In this document: piece after piece, positions 44,801 to 54,715 of the stretch
Numbering within the stretch: position 1 is the first letter of the stretch
Layout: every line of letters begins with the position of its first letter
NCBI GenBank assembly: GCA_964596985.1
Contig: CAZQWG010000009.1
Location: forward strand, 28,799-92,798
From: an uncultured Candidatus Bathyarchaeia archaeon
Lineage (GTDB): Archaea; Thermoproteota; Bathyarchaeia; RBG-16-48-13; GCA-020345945
Direction: 5' to 3'
DNA length: 64,000 nucleotides
Position numbers and translations under genes: made by a program
Notes under the pieces: generated by a model
Seen by the model: only the letters and a program-made list of their open reading frames with translations
The model's database searches: none
Told to the model about the DNA's origin: nothing

Positions 44801-45781
44801 ATGAGGGAGGCATTACTCTATGATGCAGGGGATCTGAGACTGGTCGAGTCCCCGAAACCTAAAGTCGAATCCAATGATGTACTCGTTAAGGTTAGGGTTT
44901 GCGCAGTATGCCCGACTGATATTCGGAAGTATAAACACGGGGCAAGGTCTCACTTGGTGGAGTTACCTATGAACCTAGGACATGAATGGGCTGGAGACGT
45001 CGTGGAGGTTGGGAAGAACGTCAAAGGCGTTGAGATAGGTACAAGGGTGCTTGGCGGGGGATTCTCGGGATACGCGGAATACGCCAAGATAGATCAAAGG
45101 ATGATCCAGCTCTTCGGTAGGATCTTGGAGTTGCCTGAGGAAGCAAGCTACGAAGAAGCTACGTTTGTAGAACCTCTCGCAGACTGCATTCACTCTATCG
45201 TAGACCAAGCCAAGGCAAAGGTAGGCGACTACGTCTACATCGCGGGGGCGGGTCAGATGGGGCTTCAACACATGATGGTTGCGAAAATCGTCGGGGCGAA
45301 GACGATCGTCAGCGAGATTTATGAGCCGCGGGTTGAATGGGCGAAGAAGCTCGGGGCAGACTTCACAATCGACCCGACCAAGGAGGATCCGGTGGAGACG
45401 GTGAAGGAGATCACGGAGGGAGCTATGGCGAACAGCGCGATTGCCACAATTGGTGTGCCGGAGGTAATACTGCAATGTATCAAGGTAACTAGAAACAAAG
45501 GTAGAGTAGTGATCTTCGGAGGCGCGCCGAAAGGCACAATAGTCGAACTTGACCCGAATCTCCTTCACTACTCCGAGATAGAGCTTACAGGAAGCTCCTG
45601 GGTAGGGATACCACCCCACCATAACCCTAAACTCTATCCTCTAGCGTTGGATTTCATTGGCTCCAAGAAAATCCAAGTGGGACAATTGATCACACATAGA
45701 TTCCCGCTTGAAGAGATTCAGAGGGCCTTCGAACTAGTCGAAAAGAAGTCTGCGCTCAAAGCAGTCATAAACATCCAGTAG
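44801..45781 (+). CDS. Zinc-dependent medium-chain alcohol/polyol dehydrogenase
   Basis: CAVCPTDIRKY and GHEWAGDVVEVG, with Rossmann motif IAGAGQMGL. I prefer ATG 44801 to the track GTG at 44792. Confidence 0.85.
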   Translation: MREALLYDAGDLRLVESPKPKVESNDVLVKVRVCAVCPTDIRKYKHGARSHLVELPMNLGHEWAGDVVEVGKNVKGVEIGTRVLGGGFSGYAEYAKIDQRMIQLFGRILELPEEASYEEATFVEPLADCIHSIVDQAKAKVGDYVYIAGAGQMGLQHMMVAKIVGAKTIVSEIYEPRVEWAKKLGADFTIDPTKEDPVETVKEITEGAMANSAIATIGVPEVILQCIKVTRNKGRVVIFGGAPKGTIVELDPNLLHYSEIELTGSSWVGIPPHHNPKLYPLALDFIGSKKIQVGQLITHRFPLEEIQRAFELVEKKSALKAVINIQ

Positions 45782-45919
45782 CGCGCACTGGAAGCCGTCG
45801 GTACCCTATGTTGTTTGGTGGGTATCTGGGTTCAACTAAGTCGACTTCTACGATATCGGGAAAGGACCCCGCAACCTACTCGAAGCCCCATGAGACTTCA
45901 CACAGTCGTTGTTTCATTC

Positions 45920-47437
45920 TCAGTAGAGGTCCTTCAATTCGGAGTATGTGTATAAGAAGGATTCTTCTAATGCTCCCTGCAGCTTCTTATAGAGCGTGTA
46001 GAGTCGGTCGTATTTCTCTTGGTTTTTCTGGTCGGGCTGGTCTTCGCGTATGACGTGTAGGTCGAGTTTCTCTACGACCTCTTCCATGTTTTTGTGGATT
46101 CCTAGCCCTAGGGATATGAGGCATGCGAGGTTGAGGGTTGCTGTCTCCTCTTCGCTCAGCAGACAAACAGGAAACCCTATGATGTCTGCTATGATCTGCC
46201 GCCAGATATCGCTCTTCGACCCGCCCCCGAAGGTATAGATTCGTTCAACCCGAATGTCCGGGTCCTGTTCCTTAACTGAATCCCAGACTGTTCTCAGCTG
46301 AAAAGCGACGCCTTCCAATAGGGCTCTTATTATATGTGCCCTCTTGTGTCCGAGGCTTATGCCGAAGAGTACTGCCTTTGCATGCGGGTTTACTTTTCCA
46401 AGGAATGTTCTTTCTCCCATCATGTGTGGAAGGAAGAGAAGCCCGGCGGCACCTGGCTCGACGAGCGACGCCTCGTCGTCGAGTAACTTGTATGGGCTCA
46501 CCCCTATCCTGCCCGCTATCTCCTCCTCAACGCTACCGAACTGTTCCTTGAACCATTTGAGTAGGGCTCCTCCCTCAGCGCTTAAAGCCCCTCCTAGGTA
46601 ATGTTGCATCCATGCAACCCCGATCGGTTTGGGGGTGTAGGCAAGAAGGATCGGGGCGGTCCCCAGATAGATCACCATGTTTCCTTCAAGCTTCAAGGCC
46701 TGCATGACGGGTTCTAAGGATCCATCGCCGCAACCCGCTATAACAGGGGTTCCCTCCCTGAGTCCGGTTTCGTGTGCAGCCTCGGCAGTGACCTCTCCCA
46801 CGATTTCTTGAGAAGGATGAATTTCAGGGAGTATCTTCTCGGGTATGCCGGTAATGTTCAGCAGTTCTTTGCTCCAAGACATTTTTTCTAGATCGAACAT
46901 CTGAGTTGCGCTGGCGTCTCTGAGATCTGTCACAAAGTCGCCTGTCAACTTCGTCCGTATGAAATCCTTTGGGAGTAGAAACTTATGGGCGTCTCTGAAA
47001 ACCTCGGGTTCGTTCTCTTTCAACCAGAAGAGTTTGGCGGCGGTATAGTAGGGAACGAAAGGTCCCATGATGAGCTCCCCGATTCCGGACTTCCTTATCT
47101 TCTCGGCTTGATCCATGGACCTGAGATCAGGCCAGATCAGACAATTATGGAGTGGGCTGCCTTTCTCGTCCACTAAGGTCGGTCCATGGCACTGCCCGCA
47201 CGTGCCAATCCCGCCGATGTCATCGTTCGAGATATTTGCGTCATTTATTGCTCTCTTGACGACTTCTATTGTGCTCTTCCACCACTCATTCGGGTCCTGT
47301 TCAGCCCAGGTCGGCTTGAGATGGTAGGTCTTGGTCTCAGTGTAGGCTTTCGATACGCACCTAAAACCGGGGTCGTAGACGACGGCCTTGAGCGTAGAGG
47401 TTCCCAGATCTATAGCCAGAAAATACTTCTCTTCCAT
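45920..47437 (-). CDS. FGGY-family carbohydrate kinase (copy A)
   Basis: 505 aa. YFLAIDLGTSTLKAVVY, TWAEQDPNEWW and FGGGSKSDIWRQIIADI. Confidence 0.85.
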   Translation of the reverse strand: MEEKYFLAIDLGTSTLKAVVYDPGFRCVSKAYTETKTYHLKPTWAEQDPNEWWKSTIEVVKRAINDANISNDDIGGIGTCGQCHGPTLVDEKGSPLHNCLIWPDLRSMDQAEKIRKSGIGELIMGPFVPYYTAAKLFWLKENEPEVFRDAHKFLLPKDFIRTKLTGDFVTDLRDASATQMFDLEKMSWSKELLNITGIPEKILPEIHPSQEIVGEVTAEAAHETGLREGTPVIAGCGDGSLEPVMQALKLEGNMVIYLGTAPILLAYTPKPIGVAWMQHYLGGALSAEGGALLKWFKEQFGSVEEEIAGRIGVSPYKLLDDEASLVEPGAAGLLFLPHMMGERTFLGKVNPHAKAVLFGISLGHKRAHIIRALLEGVAFQLRTVWDSVKEQDPDIRVERIYTFGGGSKSDIWRQIIADIIGFPVCLLSEEETATLNLACLISLGLGIHKNMEEVVEKLDLHVIREDQPDQKNQEKYDRLYTLYKKLQGALEESFLYTYSELKDLY

Positions 47438-47656
47438 GCCCGCCCCCTCTGAAAGATAACATCTATTTGAAGAATATCCGAGCGTTCTCTATGTCTTTGG
47501 AGATATTTCTTTTGTCCTTGACGGCGGCTACGCGTGCAACAGAAAGGTATTGAAGGCAAGAAAGTCCTCGGAGCTTGAGAAGGAGTTGAGTATGACGTTC
47601 AGATTCTTCTAGAGGAAGAGGCGGCATCCGACGCTTAGTTAAAATGGAGATGCGTG

Positions 47657-49201
47657 TCAGATGGAAGCCAGCTCGACGAAAGTACTCTTTAGGCTCTCGT
47701 AGGTCTTCAGATACAACTCGAATAGCCTAGAATACTTCTCGTGCGCTTCTCTTCTAGGCTTTAATCTCTCCTTTACTTGAACCATTGAGCCTGCGGCATC
47801 CTCGATGCTTGAGTAGAGTTTGACCCCGATTGCACCGAGCATCGCTGCTCCGAGGCATCCCGTCTCAGAGACTTGCAGCGTCTCGACATCTCTTCCTGTG
47901 ACGTCGCATTTTATGCGGTTCCAGAGTCGACTGTTGGACCCTCCACCTGAAATTCTTATCGTCTCGCTCATATTCCCTTCCTCTGCCTCGAACACTCTGA
48001 GGGAGTGTTGCAGTCCGTAAGCCACCCCTTCCATTATTGCTCGAATGAGATCGCCCCGGTGGTGGGCTAAGGTGATGCCTAGGAAGAAGCCTCTGGCGTT
48101 GAGGTCTAGCATCGGAGACATCATCCCAGCGGTGTGTGGGAAGAAAATCAGATTCTTTGATCCTGGAGGAGACCTTTCTGCTTCAAGGTCGAGGAACTTG
48201 AAGATATTTTCGTCTAACCTCTGTGCTAGTTGTGTCTCTGCGTCTGCAAACTCTTCGGCAAACCAAGCCAAGATGGCGCCGGTCGGTCTCGGAGACGAGT
48301 ACCAGACCCACAAGCCTTTGGAGATCTCAGGGAAATACGGGTAGCAGGGTCTGAAGTTGCGGGGTATCTTCTCCTCGAGAAGAGTTGTGATCTCTGTGGT
48401 GCCTGTGACGTCCATTAGATCTCGTTTGTGCGCGCATCCCGACCCGACCACGTTGCACATGCCATCCCATACGCCTGCAGAAATGGGGGTTCCTTCGGGA
48501 AGACCGGTCTCTTTGGCAGCCTCCTCGGTTACGTAGCCTGCGATCTCCCAAGCCTTGCAGATCTTTCCGAAGGACTCAGCCGAGACCTCGATCTCGTCCA
48601 GAATCTCGGGAATCCAGCGCATTGTATCGAAGTTGCCTGCTCCTGTTCCTGCGGCCGAGTAGTTGTCGAAGACGGGTTCTCCGGTCAACTTGTAGCAGAG
48701 ATAGGTCTTGGAAAAGAGAAAGCGCCGGGTCTTCTCGAACAGTTCAGGCTCATGTTTCTTCATCCATAGTATCTTGGAAACTGGTGCAGAAGCGTTGATT
48801 CTTATCCCAGGTATCGTTTTTCCCTGGAGTTTCACTAGTCGGTCTCTGCCAAAGCTTTCCATGAGTTCTTGAGCCTCTTTCAAAGCCCTGATGTCGCTGT
48901 ATATCATCGCAGGTCTCACTGGGTTGTCCTCAGAATCCAAACAGACAAGTCCTCCACCCTGACTCGATAATCCGATACATAGTATGTCAGACGACGAAAC
49001 GCCCGATTTCTTCATAGCCTCAGAGGTGGTCTTACAGACGGCAGACCACCAGTTCGTAGGGTCCTGTTCTGAGATGTAGGGGTTTGGTTGATATGGGGGA
49101 ATATGCCTCTCAAATGAGTAGGCTGTTGCTTCACCAGTCTCGGTGAACATCATACATTTTGTCCCGAGAGTACCCATGTCTATGCCCATGATGTATTTCA
49201 T
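47657..49201 (-). CDS. FGGY-family carbohydrate kinase (copy B, divergent)
   Basis: 514 aa. YIMGIDMGTLGTKCMMF, SEQDPTNWW and ISGGGSNSRLWNRIKCDV. Confidence 0.85.
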   Translation of the reverse strand: MKYIMGIDMGTLGTKCMMFTETGEATAYSFERHIPPYQPNPYISEQDPTNWWSAVCKTTSEAMKKSGVSSSDILCIGLSSQGGGLVCLDSEDNPVRPAMIYSDIRALKEAQELMESFGRDRLVKLQGKTIPGIRINASAPVSKILWMKKHEPELFEKTRRFLFSKTYLCYKLTGEPVFDNYSAAGTGAGNFDTMRWIPEILDEIEVSAESFGKICKAWEIAGYVTEEAAKETGLPEGTPISAGVWDGMCNVVGSGCAHKRDLMDVTGTTEITTLLEEKIPRNFRPCYPYFPEISKGLWVWYSSPRPTGAILAWFAEEFADAETQLAQRLDENIFKFLDLEAERSPPGSKNLIFFPHTAGMMSPMLDLNARGFFLGITLAHHRGDLIRAIMEGVAYGLQHSLRVFEAEEGNMSETIRISGGGSNSRLWNRIKCDVTGRDVETLQVSETGCLGAAMLGAIGVKLYSSIEDAAGSMVQVKERLKPRREAHEKYSRLFELYLKTYESLKSTFVELASI

Positions 49202-49396
49202 AACCGGTTCCTCAATTGTTCCTATTCGTTGAGTATATGCGTGTTCTCATCCAAGGTTGATTGACACGTTGTATACCGATCTTTTAGAAGATGGTATCGA
49301 AAGCACTCATAATTCTTTTCAAATGTTGGAGAGTAGAAAAGGATCTGAACTCACCGTTCAATTGTGACTCATGCTTGAAAGGCAGGGTTGAGGTAC

Positions 49397-50185
49397 ATGA
49401 GACTGGAGAATAGGGTTGCGATGGTGACAGGGGCGGCGATGGGATACAAGACCGGAGGACCATCAATCGGCGGTTCTATCGCAATGCTGCTGGCAAAAGA
49501 AGGTGCCAAGGTGGCGGTCATCGATATACGAGAAGATATGGGCAAGAGGACCGTCGAGAACATCGAGAAAGAGGGAGGAGAAGCGATATTCATAAAATGC
49601 GATGTGTCGATCAGCTCGGAGGTGAAGGATGCCGTTGCCCAGATCAAATCCACTTTTGGAAAGCTACATCATCTCGTAAACTGTGCAGCCAGCTACAAAG
49701 GAGATATTCTCAGGAATATTGTGGAAACACCCGAGAAAGACTGGGATAGAACGTTGGATGTCAACCTGGGCGGCTATTACAGGTGCGCCAAGTACGCAAT
49801 CCCCCTCATTAAGAAAAGCGGGGGAGGCTCGATCGTCAATATATCTTCTGTGGCAGGCCTTCGGGGGGAGAAGAATAGTTCCGTTTACTGTGCCTCAAAA
49901 GCTGCGATAATAAGCCTAACCAAATGTATGGCATTGGACTTCGCACCGGAGATCAGAACCAACTGTGTCTGCCCTGGATTCGTAAGAATAGAGAATTCCG
50001 AAGGGACTAGAACCCTGGAACAGGTCAAGGAATGGATCAACGGGATTGCTGTAGACTATCCGATGAAAAGGGTTGCGACAACCCAAGAGGTCGCCAATCT
50101 GGTCTTATTCCTGCTGAGTGAAGAGTCGTCATTCGTCAACGGGGAATCAATCGTTATCGATGGCGGAAAATCGGTGGAATTCTAG
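49397..50185 (+). CDS. Short-chain dehydrogenase/reductase (SDR)
   Basis: VAMVTGAAMGYKTGGPSIG, NISSVAG and the catalytic YCASKAA. I prefer ATG 49397. Confidence 0.85.
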   Translation: MRLENRVAMVTGAAMGYKTGGPSIGGSIAMLLAKEGAKVAVIDIREDMGKRTVENIEKEGGEAIFIKCDVSISSEVKDAVAQIKSTFGKLHHLVNCAASYKGDILRNIVETPEKDWDRTLDVNLGGYYRCAKYAIPLIKKSGGGSIVNISSVAGLRGEKNSSVYCASKAAIISLTKCMALDFAPEIRTNCVCPGFVRIENSEGTRTLEQVKEWINGIAVDYPMKRVATTQEVANLVLFLLSEESSFVNGESIVIDGGKSVEF

Positions 50186-50414
50186 CATGCGAACCTGCGG
50201 GGACCGCCTACAACTCTTAGGGGGCTGTCTTATAGGCAGCGTTTAGTAACCGAGGCGTTTATCGTTAGACGGGTGCCATTAGATTCAACCCAGTATCCTT
50301 CTCGCTGGGTGTTTATTAGGCAGGCGCTGATCCCTTGGATTGCCGAATTGGGCGTTCCTTGCGAGATGATCCGGCAGCCTCTTGAAGAATCCGAATCGAA
50401 GCCCCTGCGCTGAG

Positions 50415-50969
50415 CTATACCATCGCGTCTCCTATCAAGGCCAGCATCACAGCAGCCAAGGCAATCGCTATCGCAGATGTCCAGAGATGGCGTCTTAACG
50501 GGACGTGTTTTGATCCGGCTATGAGGTTCACTAGATGTCCTCCTCCGTAGGGTAGATATCGAATGCCAATCAAGAATATTGGGTGTGAGGCAGGGACTCT
50601 TGCCAGCCAAGGAACCTTCTTCAGTTTCGCATCCAGATCTAGGTCTTCTGCACCTTGTTCACCCATACGGTATTCGATGACGGCGACAATCATCCTAGCA
50701 ACCCACGTCAACGTTGCCCCCAAGTAGACACCGTAGATTGCTCCATTTGCAACCGCAATAATGTCGACAGGATAGGCGGAAAGATTGAGGACTACAAAAA
50801 TCACAACAGTGACGATAGGTGCCCATATCCCATAGATATCCATAATCCTCTCCGGGCCTCCGATACGGGAGAGAAACTGTTTGACGAAATACCCTGAGAC
50901 CAGTACAATTAGCAACGTAAGCAAGAACTTTGACGACCGAAGGCTTGCGACCCAGTTCCCCTCATTCAT
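50415..50969 (-). CDS. Polytopic membrane protein, possibly VTT/DedA-like
   Basis: 184 aa with about five hydrophobic helices. The family assignment is tentative. Confidence 0.45.
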   Translation of the reverse strand: MNEGNWVASLRSSKFLLTLLIVLVSGYFVKQFLSRIGGPERIMDIYGIWAPIVTVVIFVVLNLSAYPVDIIAVANGAIYGVYLGATLTWVARMIVAVIEYRMGEQGAEDLDLDAKLKKVPWLARVPASHPIFLIGIRYLPYGGGHLVNLIAGSKHVPLRRHLWTSAIAIALAAVMLALIGDAMV

Positions 50970-51028
50970 CCCGCCAGTTCCCTACCCTTTCTTGGGAAAT
51001 CGGGCTTCAGTGCAACCGCGACACGTGC

Positions 51029-52621
51029 TCAACCATAGAAATCTCTCAAACTTGAGCTATAGCCGTAGGCGGTTGAGAGGTCCTTATCCAGTTTTCGATA
51101 CAGTCGATAGAGTCTGTCGTATTTCTCTTGAGCTTCCGGGTCGGGTCTCTCTTCGCTGATAACCTCGGCCTTCCATCTTGCCAAGGCTTCTGTGATATCT
51201 CTATACGTCCCGAGAGCAACGGACATCAGACAAGCCAGGTTCAGGGTTGCAGTCTCCTCCTGTTTCAGGAGTTCAACAGGGAGACCGAATACGTCTGCTA
51301 TAATCTGTCTCCATATCTTACTCTTGGCCCCGCCACCAAAAGCCACTATGTGGGTGGCTGAGACCTCAGGGTGCTTGACTCTTAAGGAGTCCAATACGGT
51401 TCTCAACTGGAAAGCAATCCCCTCCATGACCCCTCTGACTAGGTGTTCTCTTCGATGTCCAAGGCACAGGCCAAAAATTACTCCCTTGGCCCAAGGGTTC
51501 ATCTCGCCAAAGTGGGATCTCTCCCCGGTCATGTGAGGAAGAAAGAGCAGCCCTCCGCTGCCGACAGGAGCCTTGGCTGCCTCCTGATCGAGTAGCGCAT
51601 AGGGGTTGGTCGCCAATCTCCTTGAGAGATTCTCCTCCAAGAAACCGAACTCCTCCTTGAACCATTTGAGAAGAGCCCCCCCTTCCGCACCTAACGCGCC
51701 GCCGACGTAATGGGGCCATACAGGCCATCCCATCGGTAGCGTACGCGACCGTGAGAAGACTATCGAAGCCAACGCAAGGATCCTCCTCCATGCTGGTTTC
51801 CTCGCATATGCTAGCAGGATTGGCGCGGTGCCGAGGTACACTAGAACGGCTTCTTTCAGATCCATTGCATAGATTACTGGGTCGATTGACCCGTCCCCAG
51901 AACCGGCGATTATCGGGGTTCCCGCCTTGAGACCGATGTCTCTGGCAGCTCTTTCCGTTATTTTTCCTACGATTGCGTGCGAAGGAAAGACTCTTGGAAG
52001 TATTCTGTGCGGAATACCCACGCAATCAACAAGCTTGGAATCCCAGGATCTCGTCCTGTAATTCATCATCTGGGTTCCTCCGCAATCTCGGATGTCTGTG
52101 ACAAAGGTGTCGGAGAGCTTCGCTCTGATGAAATCCTTGGGTAGAAGGAACTTGTGCGCTCTTTCAATCAAGTCCGGTCGATTGTCCCGGATCCAGCGAA
52201 GTTTTCCTGCCGTGTAGTAGGGGGCTAGCGCCTCGTCGTCATCGACGTTCATTTTCATCTCTATGCGTACGGTTCTAGCCGACTCGACAGCACGTAGGTC
52301 AGGCCAAACGATGCAGTTGTACAGTGGTCTGCATTCATTGTCCACAAGCGTCGGACCATGACACTGCCCACAAGTTCCCACAATCAGGATCTCTTCAGGG
52401 GATACCTTTGACTTGTCCAATACCTCGCGAATCGCAGAGACCGTGGAGGTCCACCAATCGTCCGGATCTTGCTCCATCCAAGTTGGTTTGGGGTGGTAGC
52501 TGTTTGTCTCGGCCGTCGCTATCGAGACGATGTCGAACTTTTGATTATATATCGCCACCTTCAGAGTAGAGGTACCAAGATCGATGGCGAGGAAGTATCC
52601 TTTGTCTTTCAAGGTCTTCAC
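51029..52621 (-). CDS. FGGY-family carbohydrate kinase (copy C, close paralogue of copy A)
   Basis: 530 aa. YFLAIDLGTSTLKVAIY, TWMEQDPDDWW and FGGGAKSKIWRQIIADV. It is collinear with copy A apart from a ~24-aa insertion. Confidence 0.85.
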   Translation of the reverse strand: MKTLKDKGYFLAIDLGTSTLKVAIYNQKFDIVSIATAETNSYHPKPTWMEQDPDDWWTSTVSAIREVLDKSKVSPEEILIVGTCGQCHGPTLVDNECRPLYNCIVWPDLRAVESARTVRIEMKMNVDDDEALAPYYTAGKLRWIRDNRPDLIERAHKFLLPKDFIRAKLSDTFVTDIRDCGGTQMMNYRTRSWDSKLVDCVGIPHRILPRVFPSHAIVGKITERAARDIGLKAGTPIIAGSGDGSIDPVIYAMDLKEAVLVYLGTAPILLAYARKPAWRRILALASIVFSRSRTLPMGWPVWPHYVGGALGAEGGALLKWFKEEFGFLEENLSRRLATNPYALLDQEAAKAPVGSGGLLFLPHMTGERSHFGEMNPWAKGVIFGLCLGHRREHLVRGVMEGIAFQLRTVLDSLRVKHPEVSATHIVAFGGGAKSKIWRQIIADVFGLPVELLKQEETATLNLACLMSVALGTYRDITEALARWKAEVISEERPDPEAQEKYDRLYRLYRKLDKDLSTAYGYSSSLRDFYG

Positions 52622-52903
52622 TCCGCCGTTTTCTCCTCGGATCGTACTCTCCCTATTGACTGCACGTGCTTTGTTAAGTTGTTTCTTGTCTGGCTGGCTA
52701 GCCGATTGTTCGGAGACGGTTCACATGCAGGGGCTCGAAATGAGCCTACGATTATCGCCGGTTACGTTTGATGCGTATTTACCCCTTCTGCTTTTCATTC
52801 TCAATACAACATCACGTTCATACCTAGCGATCCTCTGCTGGGTCCCATTGTTTCAGGAGACAACAAGCTTTTTTATCTCCAGTATCCTCGATCTTTGCTG
52901 TTT

Positions 52904-54031
52904 ATGACCCGTCTCACAAATCTGACTTCTGGCTATCGTGACCCGGATCTTGCTTCTAAGATCTGTAGACATATCAAGGATCTTGCGGGTCGACGACATT
53001 ACCTCTTCATGCACGTATGTGGAACCCACGAGGCAACGATAGTTCGTCACGGCCTCCGGGCAATTCTGCCGAGAAACGTGGAGGTCAGGGCTGGACCTGG
53101 TTGTCCTGTATGCGTCACAAACCCTGGGGAGATAGACGCCATCTCACGGTTGGCGGTCGACCGAAACATCTCTATAACCTCTTTCGGGGACATGCTGCGT
53201 GTTCCCGGCGTCAGAAGCTCCCTTGAGAAGTCTAAGTCTCAAGGCGCCGATATTCGAGTGGTGTACAGTATTCGTGATGCCGTCGAGATGGCACGGAAGG
53301 AACCAGAAAAGGAGTTTGCCCACTTCTCAATCGGATTCGAGACCACGGCTCCCACGACGGCAGCCGAATTGATCGGCGGTCTCCCGCGAAACTTCAGCGT
53401 GTTCAGCAGCCACAAGCTGATCCCTCCCGCAATGGTATCGCTTTTGAAGCTAGGAGAGGTCTCAATCGACGGGTTCATCTGTCCGGGACACGTCTCCACG
53501 ATAATTGGGCTGGACCCCTACAGGCCAATCTCAGCCGAGTTCAAGATCCCCCAGGTGATCGCTGGATTCGAACCACTGGACGTTCTTATCGCGATTGCGA
53601 TGATCCTGAGACAGATGAGGGATGGTAGAGCCGAAGTGGAGAACGAATACACGCGCTCTGTCCGCCCGCATGGTAACAGGAAGGCTCTCTCCATTATGGA
53701 AGAGGTTTTTCATCCTCGCGCTTCAGCTTGGCGGGGATTCGGTGTCATTCCTGAGTCCAGTCTAGGACTGAAAGAGCCCTTCTCGGAGTGGGATACAGCC
53801 CAAAGATTCGGAATCGAGAGCGAGGTCGCGTACGAAATGCCGGAAGGCTGTCGTTGCGGAGAAGTCGTGAGGGGAGCGATATATCCCCAGGAATGCGCTC
53901 TTTTCAACACCAAGTGCACTCCCTCCGATCCTGTGGGTCCGTGTGCGGTGGGTCGGGAGGGGGCGTGCTACATCGCGATGCGGTACGGCTCAGATCATAG
54001 GGCAATCACGAGCGGAGAGGCGACATCATAG
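52904..54031 (+). CDS. hypD: [NiFe]-hydrogenase maturation protein HypD
   Basis: FMHVCGTHE, GPGCPVCVT, GFETTAPT and the C-terminal Cys cluster (CRCGEV...CALF...C...C). Confidence 0.88.
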   Translation: MTRLTNLTSGYRDPDLASKICRHIKDLAGRRHYLFMHVCGTHEATIVRHGLRAILPRNVEVRAGPGCPVCVTNPGEIDAISRLAVDRNISITSFGDMLRVPGVRSSLEKSKSQGADIRVVYSIRDAVEMARKEPEKEFAHFSIGFETTAPTTAAELIGGLPRNFSVFSSHKLIPPAMVSLLKLGEVSIDGFICPGHVSTIIGLDPYRPISAEFKIPQVIAGFEPLDVLIAIAMILRQMRDGRAEVENEYTRSVRPHGNRKALSIMEEVFHPRASAWRGFGVIPESSLGLKEPFSEWDTAQRFGIESEVAYEMPEGCRCGEVVRGAIYPQECALFNTKCTPSDPVGPCAVGREGACYIAMRYGSDHRAITSGEATS

Positions 54032-54112
54032 ATCCTGCGGTGTCTTGCCCGCTTCCCGTCCCAGTATCTTCCTTCGTAGAGGCGGGTGTGGGTGGATTCC
54101 GCTTTGTCTAAG

Positions 54113-54128
54113 GTATACACGTGTATAC
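54113..54128. repeat. Perfect 16-bp palindrome GTATACACGTGTATAC
   Basis: Read directly from the sequence; it is self-complementary over all 16 nt. It lies in the ~400-nt spacer between convergent hypD and hypC. Confidence 0.9.
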
Positions 54129-54435
54129 TCTAACATCCTATTCGCAGACGCCGAAACTGAAAAGTAGTCTTTCGCTGGTCTACTCCCTGGGTCAGGTCCA
54201 AGGGGGAAGATGGATAGAAGGCTGGAACGCAGTATATAGATGGGTTGGAGTGGGTTGTGGGCAGGGGGGATCATCCTAATCCTACCGATCGCTTTAACGC
54301 CTTCAAGTTCAGGTTCGGGTTGCTTATGGGATTGACGACTCGACGTCTTGCACCGATGGAGAAAAACCGTTGTGGTAGCCGATAGTCGACTTCTTCAATT
54401 GGCTCTGAGCTTTACTTCTCAACCGCTAGGACGGG

Positions 54436-54654
54436 CTACTCGGCGGACAAGATTTCCTTCCAAAGTCTGAGCGTCTCTGTCGCCTCGTTTTCATCCAGCA
54501 CTTCTATCGCGAATCCTGTATGGACTAGAACATAGTCGCCTTTTCGAACTTCAGGTAGTAGGGTGAGCATCACGCTACGCTTGACTCCCCCGAAGTCGAC
54601 TATTGCTTCGCCTCCTCGAATCTCGAGTATTTTTGCAGGGATCGCGAGACACAT
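54436..54654 (-). CDS. hypC: [NiFe]-hydrogenase maturation chaperone HypC
   Basis: 72 aa. The N-terminus MCLAIPAKILEI is followed by an OB-fold pattern. Confidence 0.87.
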   Translation of the reverse strand: MCLAIPAKILEIRGGEAIVDFGGVKRSVMLTLLPEVRKGDYVLVHTGFAIEVLDENEATETLRLWKEILSAE

Positions 54655-54715
54655 TCAGCTTCACATCGCTTAAAGAAGACGGGTCGCCTAATATATTGCT
54701 TCGGCAGGGCTCGCA

